Below are positions 35,154 through 45,027 of a stretch of DNA of 64,000 nt, piece after piece. The notes beneath the pieces were generated by a model. That model made no database searches, was not told the origin of the DNA, and saw only the letters and a list, made by a program, of their open reading frames with translations. Both the position numbers and the translations under genes were made by a program. This DNA comes from Gemmatales bacterium (GTDB taxonomy: Bacteria > Planctomycetota > Planctomycetia > Gemmatales > HRBIN36), in contig JANXCQ010000003.1 of assembly GCA_025060195.1 (NCBI GenBank), positions 722 through 64,721 of the forward strand, read 5' to 3'. How positions within the stretch are numbered: the stretch's first letter is position 1; each line of letters opens with the position of its first letter.

Positions 35154-36167
35154 TTATTCAATGCTATCAGTAGGCTTGATTCTGGTACCGTCGTTGCGGA
35201 TCATGATGGCGGCCAACGTCTCCGGAGCAACCGTGTAGCGAATCCTGCGCAGGGACCGATCGGCGAAGACCGCCAACATAGCCTCCCGACTGGCGGAGCC
35301 CATAGCGAAATCGGGCACGGGATTGTCACCATCGGGAGCGGGCTGCAAGTTGCCATCTTCGGGATGGTAACGCACAATGGTATCGTTGCCCCAACCGTCC
35401 ACGAAACTCCAGTCATCATTGGGCGGATTCTTGCCGATGCGGCTCGTCTGCATTCGCTTGGTGATGAGGAGCAGCGTGTTGCTCGTGCCATCGGGAACGC
35501 CTCCGTCCAGAGACACGACGCGGCGCTGCTCACCCTGATACCATGCCGAGCTGCGGATTACCATGCCCGAGGCGGTAAAGTCGTCATAAGGCGGGACGTA
35601 GTTACGTAACATCGGATCGCGCACATTCTTCATCGGCCCCGTTACGCCGCCGTTGCCGGCATAATCAATCCCGGCCATGCGTAGCCCTTTTTCATTCTTT
35701 TCATTAGCTTCAGGCTTACGGCGCAACGGGCAGAAGTAAGTCGGGACGACCGTTTGGCGCACCTGGTCATCGTCAGGAGTACGCCAAAGCTGCTCCAGTT
35801 CGAGATAGGGCAATAATTGGTAAGCCCAGCCCCATTCTTGCAGTACGGGACCAGCCGGTTGGGCACCGCCAACCAGCTTCCCGCCAAGCGGGGGATTGCG
35901 TTCCGGCTTGTTGCCCCCGACAAGGAAAGCGCGGCCTTGTTCGGCGTTGCCGCCACCCGTGGGAAAAAAGTCGTAATCGTTGTGCAGAGTATGGAAGGCC
36001 ATAGCCAGTTGGCGCAACTGGTTGGCAGATTGTATTTCCAGCTTGGTCAGGCGGACTTGCTGAAGGCCCCTAACTCCAGTAGGCGCAAGGAACAAAAAGA
36101 GTCCCAGCAAAACCAGCCCATCGCGACGCGATAGACCCCGACGAGCATTTCGACGACCGTACTGCAT
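35154..36167 (-). CDS. DUF1559 (H-X9-DG) pseudopilin-like protein, planctomycete-typical
   Basis: LQQVRLTKLEIQSANQLRQLAMAFHTLHNDYDFFP resembles the DUF1559 N-terminal block. DGTSNTLLLITKRM is the H-X9-DG-type motif. The classical prepilin leader is diverged. Confidence 0.65.
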   Translation of the reverse strand: MQYGRRNARRGLSRRDGLVLLGLFLFLAPTGVRGLQQVRLTKLEIQSANQLRQLAMAFHTLHNDYDFFPTGGGNAEQGRAFLVGGNKPERNPPLGGKLVGGAQPAGPVLQEWGWAYQLLPYLELEQLWRTPDDDQVRQTVVPTYFCPLRRKPEANEKNEKGLRMAGIDYAGNGGVTGPMKNVRDPMLRNYVPPYDDFTASGMVIRSSAWYQGEQRRVVSLDGGVPDGTSNTLLLITKRMQTSRIGKNPPNDDWSFVDGWGNDTIVRYHPEDGNLQPAPDGDNPVPDFAMGSASREAMLAVFADRSLRRIRYTVAPETLAAIMIRNDGTRIKPTDSIE

Positions 36168-36230
36168 GGTTAGACCCTCTTAGAGTAAGCGTGGCGACCT
36201 GAGCGGCCCCCGCGAGCCGTTAGGAATTAA

Positions 36231-36343
36231 ACTAATTTCGGCGAACGAGGCGTCAAGGGGCGTAATGCTGGATCATTCATGTTTTTCCAACAACCTGACT
36301 TAGCGACTAATTTCGGCGAATGACCCGTCAAGGGGCGTAATGG
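36231..36343. repeat. 37-bp direct repeat in two copies, starts 76 bp apart, upstream of the DUF1559 gene
   Basis: Copy 1 is 36231-36267, ACTAATTTCGGCGAACGAGGCGTCAAGGGGCGTAATG. Copy 2 is 36307-36343, ACTAATTTCGGCGAATGACCCGTCAAGGGGCGTAATG. They match at 34/37 positions. On the minus strand each copy contains TTGACG. Confidence 0.8.
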
Positions 36344-36392
36344 CCCCCTGCGAGTCTGGTACATGGAAAACAAAACAGCGCGGCTCGGCTGA

Positions 36393-37211
36393 TCAACGGG
36401 CCGGGTGTGCGTTGCTCAGGCGTTGCAACACTGCGGAAACAGCGGTGGTCTCAGAATCGGCCACTGCTTCGATTTCCCGTTGGCAGTGCGGAGAGTTCCC
36501 CGCCAAGACGCAGATGAAACGCCAGCGGCCATCTGTGAGTCTTTCCAATTTGTGCGAAATGACGCCGCAGTGTTGGCAAAGAGTTTGCCAGGTCGACCAG
36601 TCGAGCTCGGCATAAGAACCGACTAATCTCCCCGACTCTGCCGGAGCATTTGCCGATGCAGGGACACCAACCTGGGCCTGAGGGCGGTTGTGCCGAAACG
36701 GGTCGGGCTTAACGGTATCGGCGCGTTGCGACGTTGTTTCTGGAATCAGGCCTAGTGCTTCCGGCGGTGGCAGCGTAAGCAGCGGTGAACTAGATGGGCC
36801 CTGGTCGTCGAGCTGTCCGCGTACAATCCTGGGCGTTTGAGGGTCGGGCGACTGCCTGTGTTGCGGGTTGAGCGGTGTCGTAAGCCCGGCCTGGCGCGGA
36901 GGAGCCGCCGGTACATTAGCTGTCGTGGCACAGCTTCTGTTTTGCGAGACTGAGCCAATAACTTGCGACGAATGCAATCTGTTTGCGGTCGGATCGGCCA
37001 GAGACCGATTTGAGCCGTCGGCTGATGGCGCGGTCGGGCGCGGAAGCAACATCTCCGGCATCGGCGGAAGATACGGACCTGGCCGAGAGTTATTACGCCG
37101 CCCGTTCGAGGCAGGGGGCACGTTGCGCGGCACGGTGGCGGGAACGCGGGGCAGTGCGTTAGTAGCCCCAGCGTGTGGGATTATCGCGGATGGCATGATC
37201 GAAGCCGGCAC
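36393..37211 (-). CDS. Hypothetical Pro-rich protein with a Cys-containing C-terminal domain
   Basis: The 272-aa ORF has a low-complexity P/S/A-rich N-terminal two thirds. The C-terminus reads ...WQTLCQHCGVISHKLERLTDGRWRFICVLAGNSPHCQREIEA.... No family recognised. Confidence 0.4.
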   Translation of the reverse strand: MPASIMPSAIIPHAGATNALPRVPATVPRNVPPASNGRRNNSRPGPYLPPMPEMLLPRPTAPSADGSNRSLADPTANRLHSSQVIGSVSQNRSCATTANVPAAPPRQAGLTTPLNPQHRQSPDPQTPRIVRGQLDDQGPSSSPLLTLPPPEALGLIPETTSQRADTVKPDPFRHNRPQAQVGVPASANAPAESGRLVGSYAELDWSTWQTLCQHCGVISHKLERLTDGRWRFICVLAGNSPHCQREIEAVADSETTAVSAVLQRLSNAHPAR

Positions 37212-37751
37212 CCGGCCGGCGGGAATCGAACTCGGCCCTCAGGTTCCGCCACTGCATTCCAATGGGGGAAATTGTGCAAAGATTGGATGGGAAAGACCCG
37301 TCACCAGCCATAGCCACCAGCATGAAGTTCTTGGCATCCGACCAGCGCCTCCTCGGGCTTGGAGCGGGAGTGGCTCCCACATAGCAGACTCCAACGGTCT
37401 TAGGAAGGCCAAATTGGCGAACACACTGCAAAAGCTAACCAAGGACTTAACTGCGAGGATCTTTTGTCGGGTGGTGAGGCCCAGTTCCCCATGGGCACAT
37501 CGAGCCCAGTGAGGCTCAGATGGTTCCTCCGCTGTTGGAGCAGCTAGCCTGTGCGAAAATATCAGGTCAGCGCTTACTTTGCGGGGTGAAAGTCATATAG
37601 TTTCCTTACCGAAAATAATGCCTGGGGAAAAGAACACGAAAAACTTAGCGGGGTCCTCGCCCACGATTTTGGTAACGCAGCAAGGGCCAGGGAAGTGTGC
37701 GTGATATCCTTGAAGAAAACGCTGAGCAGGTCTCGGGCGCTCAGTTGCTGA

Positions 37752-38234
37752 ATGGGTGCAGCCATGCCGTTGCTTCATCGAAATCTGCGGCGGGAAAAAG
37801 TCGGGCAGTTGACCGACCTGAAAAATCCGTTGGCGCTTCCGCCTCAGGCCAGCGTACGCGAAGCGGTACGCTGCATGCAAGAAAAGCGTACGGGTTGTGT
37901 GTTGGTCTGTGAGGGAGAAAAATTGGTGGGCATTTTTACAGAACGCGACTTGTTGCGCCGTGTGCTGGCCCTGGGCAAACCCCTGAGCCTGGCGTTGCGC
38001 GAATGTATGACCCCGAACCCGGTTACGGTGCGGGAATCAGAAACCATCGGCACGGCGTTACGCCGCATGCAACAAGGAGGTTATCGGCATTTGCCCGTGA
38101 TCTCCGAGGCGGGCACTCCCATCGCCATTCTTTCGATCAAACGCATCATTCGCTACATAGCCGAACATATGCCCGAACTGGTGTACAATCAACCTCCCGA
38201 TCCTCATCAAGTCCAACGGGAATACGGAGGCTGA
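37752..38234 (+). CDS. CBS-domain pair protein
   Basis: ...VREAVRCMQEKRTGCVLVCEGEKLVGIFTERDLLRRV... and ...IGTALRRMQQGGYRHLPVISEAGTPIAILSIKRIIRYI... form two CBS motifs. Confidence 0.8.
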   Translation: MGAAMPLLHRNLRREKVGQLTDLKNPLALPPQASVREAVRCMQEKRTGCVLVCEGEKLVGIFTERDLLRRVLALGKPLSLALRECMTPNPVTVRESETIGTALRRMQQGGYRHLPVISEAGTPIAILSIKRIIRYIAEHMPELVYNQPPDPHQVQREYGG

Positions 38235-38362
38235 CACGCCGATATTTTGCTTCTGCATGCACCATTTCACTTACCGAACCGATGCATAGGATTACTTAGA
38301 CGAGAACCAATAAGCCGACAACGCCCTTGTCGGTTCCTTATTTAGCAAGGAGCTCTCAAGCC

Positions 38363-40243
38363 ATGAGCGCAACTGCCGCTGCCATGACGATGGCAAGTCC
38401 AAGTAAGCAAAGGCGCATCGAGGAAAGGCCCGAGGTGGTAATCCGCTTCGCCGGCGATTCGGGCGATGGTATGCAGTTGGCAGGGACCCAGTTCAGCAAT
38501 GTCTCCGCAGTGGTCGGCAATGACATCAGTACCCTGCCGGATTTTCCAGCGGAAATTCGCGCGCCCGCCGGTTCTTTAGCCGGCGTCAGTGGCTATCAGA
38601 TCCATTTCAGCAGTTACGACATTTATACACCCGGCGACCGCGTCCATGCGCTCGTGGCCATGAATCCCGCCGCGCTCAAAACCAACATTAAAGACCTCGA
38701 AGAGGGCGGTATTCTGATCGTCAACTCCGATGCATTCACCACCAGCGATCTGCAGAAGGCGGGATATAAGACCAATCCCCTGGAAGACGGGAGCCTGAAA
38801 AAGTATCGATTGGTAGCTGTGCCCATCACCAAGCTCAATCGAGAAGCGCTGAGCGATTTGAAGCTGAGTCCGCGCGAGGTAGATCGTTGCCGCAATTTCT
38901 TCGTCCTGGGGCTGGTGTACTGGCTTTATGAGCGACCTCTGGAACCAACGCTGCGCTGGATCAAGGAAAAGTTCGCGCGTAACCCCGCCGTGATGGAAGC
39001 GAATATCCGAGCCCTGAAGGCGGGCTACAGCTACGGCGAAACCTTGGAGGAACTGCCGGTTCAATATCGCGTGCCCAAGGCGAAAATCCCTCCAGGTCGC
39101 TACCGCAAAATCACAGGCAACGAGGCCACCGCTCTGGGATTGGTCACCGCAGCGCAATTGGCCGGTAAGACTCTGGTCTATTGCAGCTATCCGATCACAC
39201 CCGCCAGCGACATTTTGCACACCCTGGCTGAGATGCGCCGTTATGGCGTGCTAACTATTCAGGCCGAAGATGAGATAGCGGCCGTCGGCGCCGCCATTGG
39301 AGCTTCCTTCGGTGGAGCACTGGGCGTGACTGGCACGAGTGGCCCTGGGCTGTGTCTCAAATCCGAAGCCATCAACCTCGCGGTCATGGCCGAACTGCCT
39401 GTGGTGATTATTGACGTGCAGCGCGCTGGCCCAAGTACGGGCATGCCGACGAAGACGGAACAGGCCGACCTGTTACAGGCGCTCTTCGGCCGCAACGGCG
39501 AGTCGCCCGTGGTGGTAGTAGCGCCTGCCTCGCCGGCTGAATGCTTTACCATGATCATCGAAGCCATCCGTCTGGCCGTCAGTTATATGACGCCCGTGTT
39601 CTTTATGTCGGACGGGTACCTGGCCAACTCCGCGGAGCCTTGGCCGATCCCAAAGGTGGAACAGTTGCCCAAAATTGAAATTCAGCATCCGACGGAGCCT
39701 AACGAAGACGGCCAATTTATGCCGTATAAACGCGATCATCGTCTGGTGCGCCCCTGGGCCTTGCCCGGCACGCCCGGCTTAGAACATCGCATCGGTGGTT
39801 TGGAAAAAGAAGACGTGACCGGCAATGTCAGTTATGATCCGCTCAATCATGAGCATATGGTGCGCACACGGGCTCAGAAGGTGGCCAACATTGCGGACGA
39901 AATTCCGCCTCTCAGTGTGGTCGGCCCGGAAACCGGCGATTTGCTCGTGATCAGTTGGGGCAGCACCTACGGAGCGATCATAGCGGCCGTCGAACGCGCT
40001 CAACGCAAAGGCTTGAGTGTGGCCTGTGCGCAGTTGCGTTATCTCAACCCGATGCCGAAAAACACGGGCGAAGTTTTGCGCCGGTATAAGCGAGTGCTCG
40101 TTCCTGAGCTGAACCTGGGCCATTTGCGGCTGCTGCTTCAGGGACGTTACCTGGTCGAATGTATCGGACTCAATAAAGTCCAGGGCCGACCTTTCCTGGT
40201 AAGCGAAATCGAGGAAAAAATTCACGAACTGCTTCATGTGTAA
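38363..40243 (+). CDS. korA: 2-oxoacid (2-oxoglutarate):ferredoxin oxidoreductase, alpha subunit (fused gamma-alpha type)
   Basis: The ATG at 38363 follows AAGGAG (38347-38352). Family blocks include [17 protein letters not shown], ...[16 protein letters not shown]...YPITPASD... and ...[15 protein letters not shown].... Confidence 0.85.
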   Translation: MSATAAAMTMASPSKQRRIEERPEVVIRFAGDSGDGMQLAGTQFSNVSAVVGNDISTLPDFPAEIRAPAGSLAGVSGYQIHFSSYDIYTPGDRVHALVAMNPAALKTNIKDLEEGGILIVNSDAFTTSDLQKAGYKTNPLEDGSLKKYRLVAVPITKLNREALSDLKLSPREVDRCRNFFVLGLVYWLYERPLEPTLRWIKEKFARNPAVMEANIRALKAGYSYGETLEELPVQYRVPKAKIPPGRYRKITGNEATALGLVTAAQLAGKTLVYCSYPITPASDILHTLAEMRRYGVLTIQAEDEIAAVGAAIGASFGGALGVTGTSGPGLCLKSEAINLAVMAELPVVIIDVQRAGPSTGMPTKTEQADLLQALFGRNGESPVVVVAPASPAECFTMIIEAIRLAVSYMTPVFFMSDGYLANSAEPWPIPKVEQLPKIEIQHPTEPNEDGQFMPYKRDHRLVRPWALPGTPGLEHRIGGLEKEDVTGNVSYDPLNHEHMVRTRAQKVANIADEIPPLSVVGPETGDLLVISWGSTYGAIIAAVERAQRKGLSVACAQLRYLNPMPKNTGEVLRRYKRVLVPELNLGHLRLLLQGRYLVECIGLNKVQGRPFLVSEIEEKIHELLHV

Positions 40244-40309
40244 TTCCAGCTTTCTGGGCATGCCCGCAAGCAACGACTTCGGGCGTGCTTGCTTCTTATG
40301 AGGATAGCC

Positions 40310-41362
40310 ATGCCTGCTGCATCACTACCAACTCTCACGCCGAAAGATTTTGCCAGTGACCAGGACGTGCGCTGGTGCCCCGGCTGCGGGGATTATTCCA
40401 TTTTGGCGCAGATGAAGAAGGTCTGCGCATCCTTAGGCATCCCCCGCGAAAGATTCGTGTTTATTTCCGGCATCGGCTGCTCCAGTCGCTTTCCGTATTA
40501 CATGAATACCTACGGCTTCCACACCATCCACGGACGCGCTCCCACCTTTGCGACAGGTTTGAAGGTAGCACGTCCGGATTTGCTCGTTTGGGTGATCACG
40601 GGAGACGGCGACGGTCTCTCCATTGGCGGCAATCACTTGCTCCACGCGCTCCGACGCAACGTGGACATCAAAATTATCTTGTTCAATAACGAAATCTACG
40701 GCCTGACCAAGGGACAGTACTCTCCGACCTCGCGTCTGGGCACGCGCACCAAATCCAGCCCCCTGGGTTCGTTTGAAAATCCCATTCGCCCAATCACCAT
40801 TGCCCTAGCGGCCGAAGCTACCTTCGTCGCCCGCACGATTGACGTGGACGTCAACCACCTAACCGAGACGCTTCGCCGCGCGGCTTTCCATAAGGGGTCA
40901 GCTTTCGTTGAGGTGTATCAGAACTGTAAGGTTTTCAATGATGGCGTGTTTGAATACACGACAGATAAAGAAGTGAAGTCGGACAACGTGCTTTACCTGG
41001 AACACGGCAAGCCCCTGATTTTCGGCAAAAATCGCGATAAGGGCATCCGCCTGAATGGCCTAGAACCGGAAGTCGTGGAACTCGGCAAAGGAGTGAGTGT
41101 GGACGACTTGATCATCCATGATGAGAAGGCCGCCGAACCCACGCTCGCTTTTGTTCTGAGCCGGATGTATTATCCGCAATTTCCTGAACCCGTTGGGGTC
41201 TTCCGCGCCATCGAAAGACCGACCTTCGAAGATTTGCTCAACCGTCAAGTCGAGGACGCGATCAAGGCCAAAGGTCGAGGCAAGCTCGAAGAGCTTTTCC
41301 AGAGCGAGGACATTTGGGAGGTCGAGGAAGCTGAGGCTAACGGTCCGACCGCCCTGGACTGA
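40310..41362 (+). CDS. korB: 2-oxoacid:ferredoxin oxidoreductase, beta subunit (TPP-binding)
   Basis: The protein carries WCPGCGDYSIL, GIGCSSRFPYYMNTYGFHTIHGRA, GDGDGLSIGGNHLLHALRRN and NNEIYGLTKGQ. I chose the ATG at 40310 (GAGGA 5 nt upstream). The ORF track starts at 40289. Confidence 0.88.
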   Translation: MPAASLPTLTPKDFASDQDVRWCPGCGDYSILAQMKKVCASLGIPRERFVFISGIGCSSRFPYYMNTYGFHTIHGRAPTFATGLKVARPDLLVWVITGDGDGLSIGGNHLLHALRRNVDIKIILFNNEIYGLTKGQYSPTSRLGTRTKSSPLGSFENPIRPITIALAAEATFVARTIDVDVNHLTETLRRAAFHKGSAFVEVYQNCKVFNDGVFEYTTDKEVKSDNVLYLEHGKPLIFGKNRDKGIRLNGLEPEVVELGKGVSVDDLIIHDEKAAEPTLAFVLSRMYYPQFPEPVGVFRAIERPTFEDLLNRQVEDAIKAKGRGKLEELFQSEDIWEVEEAEANGPTALD

Positions 41363-41529
41363 TTTGAGCGCTGGTTCCAGTTAGGCGGTACCCTCCTTGC
41401 GTCCGCAGGAAACTGCGATACAGTCGAGCATCGGGCCGGAACGCGAAGTTCGACCCAGAGATGCGCAGCCAGGGTATCCAAGCCGCGCCAAGTAAGCGCG
41501 GCCGACACGCTGAAGGGAGAATAGAAAAA

Positions 41530-42036
41530 ATGATTTGTCCGGTATGCGGTTCCGACAATTTGCCCGGGGAAGAAGTCTGCGTATCGTGTTGGCAACCGTT
41601 GACGCCGCTGGATGAGCCACAACCCCAGGACGAACTCAGCGAAGCTTTAATGCACACGGAAGTGCGGGAACTGCGTCCACAGAAACCGATTACCGTTCTG
41701 CCCACGACTCCGGTTCGCGAAGCCATCCGCCTCCTGGTGGACTATAGCATAGGCGCTGTGCTGGTCGCGAACGAAGAGGGGCACTTGGTGGGCATTTTCA
41801 GCGAGCGGGATCTTCTGATGCGTGTGGTCGGCTTCTTCGAGCAGTTTGACAATCTCCCGGTCGGCTGGTTCATGACGCCGAATCCCGAAGTGGTGAAGCC
41901 AGACCACCCCGTGTTGTTCGCGGTGCACAAAATGGATGCGGGTGATTACCGACACCTCCCCGTGGTGCGCGATCAGAAACCCCTGGGAATGATCTCCGCC
42001 CGCGATATCTTGCGTTTCGTCGCTAACTATGTCTAG
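41530..42036 (+). CDS. Zinc-ribbon plus CBS-domain pair protein
   Basis: From the ATG at 41530, MICPVCGSDNLPGEEVCVSCWQ has CxxC...CxxC spacing. Two CBS motifs follow (...VLVANEEGHLVGIFSERDLLMRV..., ...YRHLPVVRDQKPLGMISARDILRFV). Confidence 0.75.
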   Translation: MICPVCGSDNLPGEEVCVSCWQPLTPLDEPQPQDELSEALMHTEVRELRPQKPITVLPTTPVREAIRLLVDYSIGAVLVANEEGHLVGIFSERDLLMRVVGFFEQFDNLPVGWFMTPNPEVVKPDHPVLFAVHKMDAGDYRHLPVVRDQKPLGMISARDILRFVANYV

Positions 42037-42781
42037 CCCGGCCATGTCCGAGGCAACGGACCAACTCATGGTTTGGCCTTCGATCGCGCAGCGTCTCGTC
42101 GTAGAAAGCCTGGATAGTGGCGTGCACCGGGTGTTAGCGGTATGTGGCCCCTATCGACTGATTCACGTGCTCAATGCCGCGACCGTGGAGGAACCTGTTG
42201 GGGTGACTTTTCTCGCACATTCCGCTGCGGAGGATTTTCCCGTTTGGCAAAGCCCAGGCCAAGATCGTTCTGACCTAGCCCCCGAGACAGTGCATCGGGA
42301 GGCGTTAGCGCTCGGCCCCCTATATCGGGAAGCTGACGGGGCCTGGTTGCCGTTGGCAGGCCTCCCAGCAACTTGGTTCGATGCCACGCTCGAGGTGCTA
42401 CGGGAGAATGGGGAATCTTTGTCCTGGGCGACGGAGTCGAAAGTTTACGGTGGACCAATTTTGCTCGAATCCCTCACGCTCACCCCGCAAGCCCTCGATT
42501 ATTCCTGCGGCTTGCGCTGGACGATTCCCGGTTTCGCTCTGCAACTGCCGCTCTGGCTTACTGATGGTCAGCGCAGCGCTCGGCCACAACTTCAGGGTCC
42601 GGAGTTACGTGTGCACACTCCGGTATGGACGCTAGTCGCGGAGTGTCTGGAGCCTGAGGATGCTTCGTGGTCACTAGATACCTCAAGTGTCTCGCGAGGT
42701 ACAGTGCAGTATGCCCGCGCGCTGTTGCAGTCTCGTGCTGCAGTTTGTTATCGCGTGCGTCTGCGAGTAACCTGTCCCTGA
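42029..42781 (+). CDS. Hypothetical protein
   Basis: The 250-aa ORF overlaps the preceding gene by 8 nt. No family recognised. Confidence 0.4.
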   Translation: MSSPAMSEATDQLMVWPSIAQRLVVESLDSGVHRVLAVCGPYRLIHVLNAATVEEPVGVTFLAHSAAEDFPVWQSPGQDRSDLAPETVHREALALGPLYREADGAWLPLAGLPATWFDATLEVLRENGESLSWATESKVYGGPILLESLTLTPQALDYSCGLRWTIPGFALQLPLWLTDGQRSARPQLQGPELRVHTPVWTLVAECLEPEDASWSLDTSSVSRGTVQYARALLQSRAAVCYRVRLRVTCP

Positions 42782-43077
42782 AAGTTTTTGCCCTCTCGGA
42801 GCTTTCCGTTGATTGGCCAGTCTCCGCGCATTGTCGCGGACCGATTTTTCGACCTGGCTCGATTCACACTTCGGCAGGTCTATCATCGGCCTGGTGTTGC
42901 ACCCGATTCGCCTTATCCGCTATCAGCTTCGCTGGACTCTGGTACTTGTGGTGCACAGTACGGCCCGACTTCTAAACAAGCGATGGACCTTGCGCGTCAG
43001 AATTTGGACTAGGGCTACAATGAATAGGGCCAATACGTAAGAAACTTGGGCCTCGAGACTATCTTAAGCAGAGCACC

Positions 43078-45021
43078 ATGCCACGCGAGTTGATTCTCGG
43101 AACGGCGGGGCACATTGACCACGGCAAGACCTCGCTGATCAAAGCGCTGACAGGAATTGATTGCGACCGTTTGCCCGAAGAAAAAGCGCGCGGCATCACC
43201 ATAGACATCGGCTTTGCGCATCTGGATTTGGGGGAATATCGGTTGGGCATCGTAGATGTGCCGGGACATGAGCGGTTCATTAAGAACATGCTTGCGGGGG
43301 CCACTGGGATTGACTTAGCGTTGTTAGTGGTAGCGGCGGATGATTCCGTCATGCCCCAGACGCGGGAACACTTGGAGATTTTGCAACTCTTGGGACTGAA
43401 ACATGGCGTCATCGCCATTACTAAAGCCGACTTAGCCGATAGCACGACACGCGATTTGGTCGCCTTGGAAGTACGTGAACTGGTGCAGGGCACCTTCCTG
43501 GAAAATGCCCCTCTGGTGTTTACCTCGGTGCGTACGGGCGAAGGTCTGGAGCAGTTGAAACAAGCCCTACGCCAGGTGTGTGCCAATGTCGAGGAACGTC
43601 CTGGAGAAGACATATTTCGTTTGGCCATCGATCGCTCTTTCGCCGTTGCAGGCCATGGCACCGTGGTAACTGGTTCGGTCACCAGCGGCCGCCTGCGCGT
43701 CGGCGAGGAAGTGGAATGGTTGCCCGTCGGTGAAAGGTTGCGAGTCCGCGGGCTCCACCATCACGACCAACCTGTCGAAGAAGTGCACCGCGGCATGCGG
43801 GCAGCCATCAATTTAGCGGGCGTTAAGCATGAGCAAATTCACCGCGGCCAGGAGTTGGCGACGCCAGGCTTCTTACGGCCGAGCCGCGTTCTCACCGTGC
43901 GGTTGCATGCTTTGCCCGACCTGCCTCATCCCATCAAACATCGGGCCGAAGTGCGGGTGCACCTGGGCACTGCCGAGATCATGGGGGTGTTGTCCTTACT
44001 CGACTGCGACCGTTTAGCGGCAGGACAATGGTGCCTGGCCCAAATCTTTCTGCGGGAGCCAACCGTCGCACGGTGGGGCCAACCGCTCATCGTGCGTGAT
44101 CCATCGGCCACACACACCTTGGGCGGCGGCCAAGTATTACAACCCGTCGCCCAAAAACTCCGCCGCAGCCGACTTGATACCCTGGAACGTTTGGAGACGC
44201 TCGGGCGCGGTAATGCGGACGAGCGTGCCGACGTCGTGGCCTGGTTTGCCAGTTGGTCGGGCATTCGCCCCACCGAATTAGTGCAGCTAGCAGGCTTGAC
44301 TTTAGATAAGGTGGAACCAACGGTAGCACAACTGTTGGCTCGAGGCCGACTCATTCAGCTGTCTCTTGGGGCGGGCAGAACTGTTTTGCTCCAGGGCGAG
44401 GTTTTCGAAGAGTTAGCGCAACGTCTCCTAGCCGTGCTTGACCGCTGGCATGCCGAGTATCCCCTGGTGGCCACGCACGACCGCAGGAAATTGGAAGCGC
44501 AGCTCAGCTATGTCGGCGACGAGGCCCTGGTGCATGCGGTAACCGAAACGCTGCTAGCTCGGGGTCAACTGGTGGGGGACGCGCGTCGCGTGGCACGCGC
44601 CGATTTCAAACCGAAATTATCGGCCGCACAACGCAAGCTCAAGGAACGCATCGTGCAGGCCTATCGCGAGGCACGCTTTCAGCCGCCATTACTGAGCGAT
44701 TTTGTCCCAGAAGCCGGAGGGCAAGCCGGTGCGTTGAAAGATCTCTTTGAGGTGTGCGTCGCTGAGGGAGAATTAGTCCATATCGCTGATGAACTTTATT
44801 TACACGCGGAACACGAACAGGCGATGCGACACATGTTGCGCGAGAAACTTCAACAAGGTCGGGGGCTAACCGTCGCCGAAATTCGCGACTTGTTGCAGAC
44901 GACGCGGAAGTTTGCCGTTCCCCTGTGCGAATACCTAGACCGGCAAGGCTTTACACGCCGCGAAGGCGACTTGCGCTTCCTGGCGGATACTTCCCCAGCC
45001 GCTTCCCAACCTACCCGGTAA
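43078..45021 (+). CDS. selB: Selenocysteine-specific translation elongation factor SelB
   Basis: The G-domain reads [49 protein letters not shown]...[31 protein letters not shown]...TKADL. It has a long winged-helix C-terminus and sits directly upstream of selA. Confidence 0.88.
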   Translation: MPRELILGTAGHIDHGKTSLIKALTGIDCDRLPEEKARGITIDIGFAHLDLGEYRLGIVDVPGHERFIKNMLAGATGIDLALLVVAADDSVMPQTREHLEILQLLGLKHGVIAITKADLADSTTRDLVALEVRELVQGTFLENAPLVFTSVRTGEGLEQLKQALRQVCANVEERPGEDIFRLAIDRSFAVAGHGTVVTGSVTSGRLRVGEEVEWLPVGERLRVRGLHHHDQPVEEVHRGMRAAINLAGVKHEQIHRGQELATPGFLRPSRVLTVRLHALPDLPHPIKHRAEVRVHLGTAEIMGVLSLLDCDRLAAGQWCLAQIFLREPTVARWGQPLIVRDPSATHTLGGGQVLQPVAQKLRRSRLDTLERLETLGRGNADERADVVAWFASWSGIRPTELVQLAGLTLDKVEPTVAQLLARGRLIQLSLGAGRTVLLQGEVFEELAQRLLAVLDRWHAEYPLVATHDRRKLEAQLSYVGDEALVHAVTETLLARGQLVGDARRVARADFKPKLSAAQRKLKERIVQAYREARFQPPLLSDFVPEAGGQAGALKDLFEVCVAEGELVHIADELYLHAEHEQAMRHMLREKLQQGRGLTVAEIRDLLQTTRKFAVPLCEYLDRQGFTRREGDLRFLADTSPAASQPTR

Positions 45022-45027
45022 GGCCTA

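Noticed and set aside
37159-37431. A 90-aa minus-strand ORF overlaps the start of 36393-37211 in another frame, which could indicate a further frameshifted gene.
   Set aside because: Neither part has a recognisable family to anchor an alignment across the junction, so a frameshift cannot be supported from sequence alone.
42940-43010. The loop-like sequence CGACTTCTAAACAAGCG (TTCTAAA at 42970-42976) would give a CUA anticodon, that is, a possible amber-suppressor tRNA relevant to the in-frame TAG codons.
   Set aside because: The flanking 5-mers (CCGAC and CAAGC) are not complementary, so no anticodon stem forms. I found no T-loop or acceptor stem nearby.
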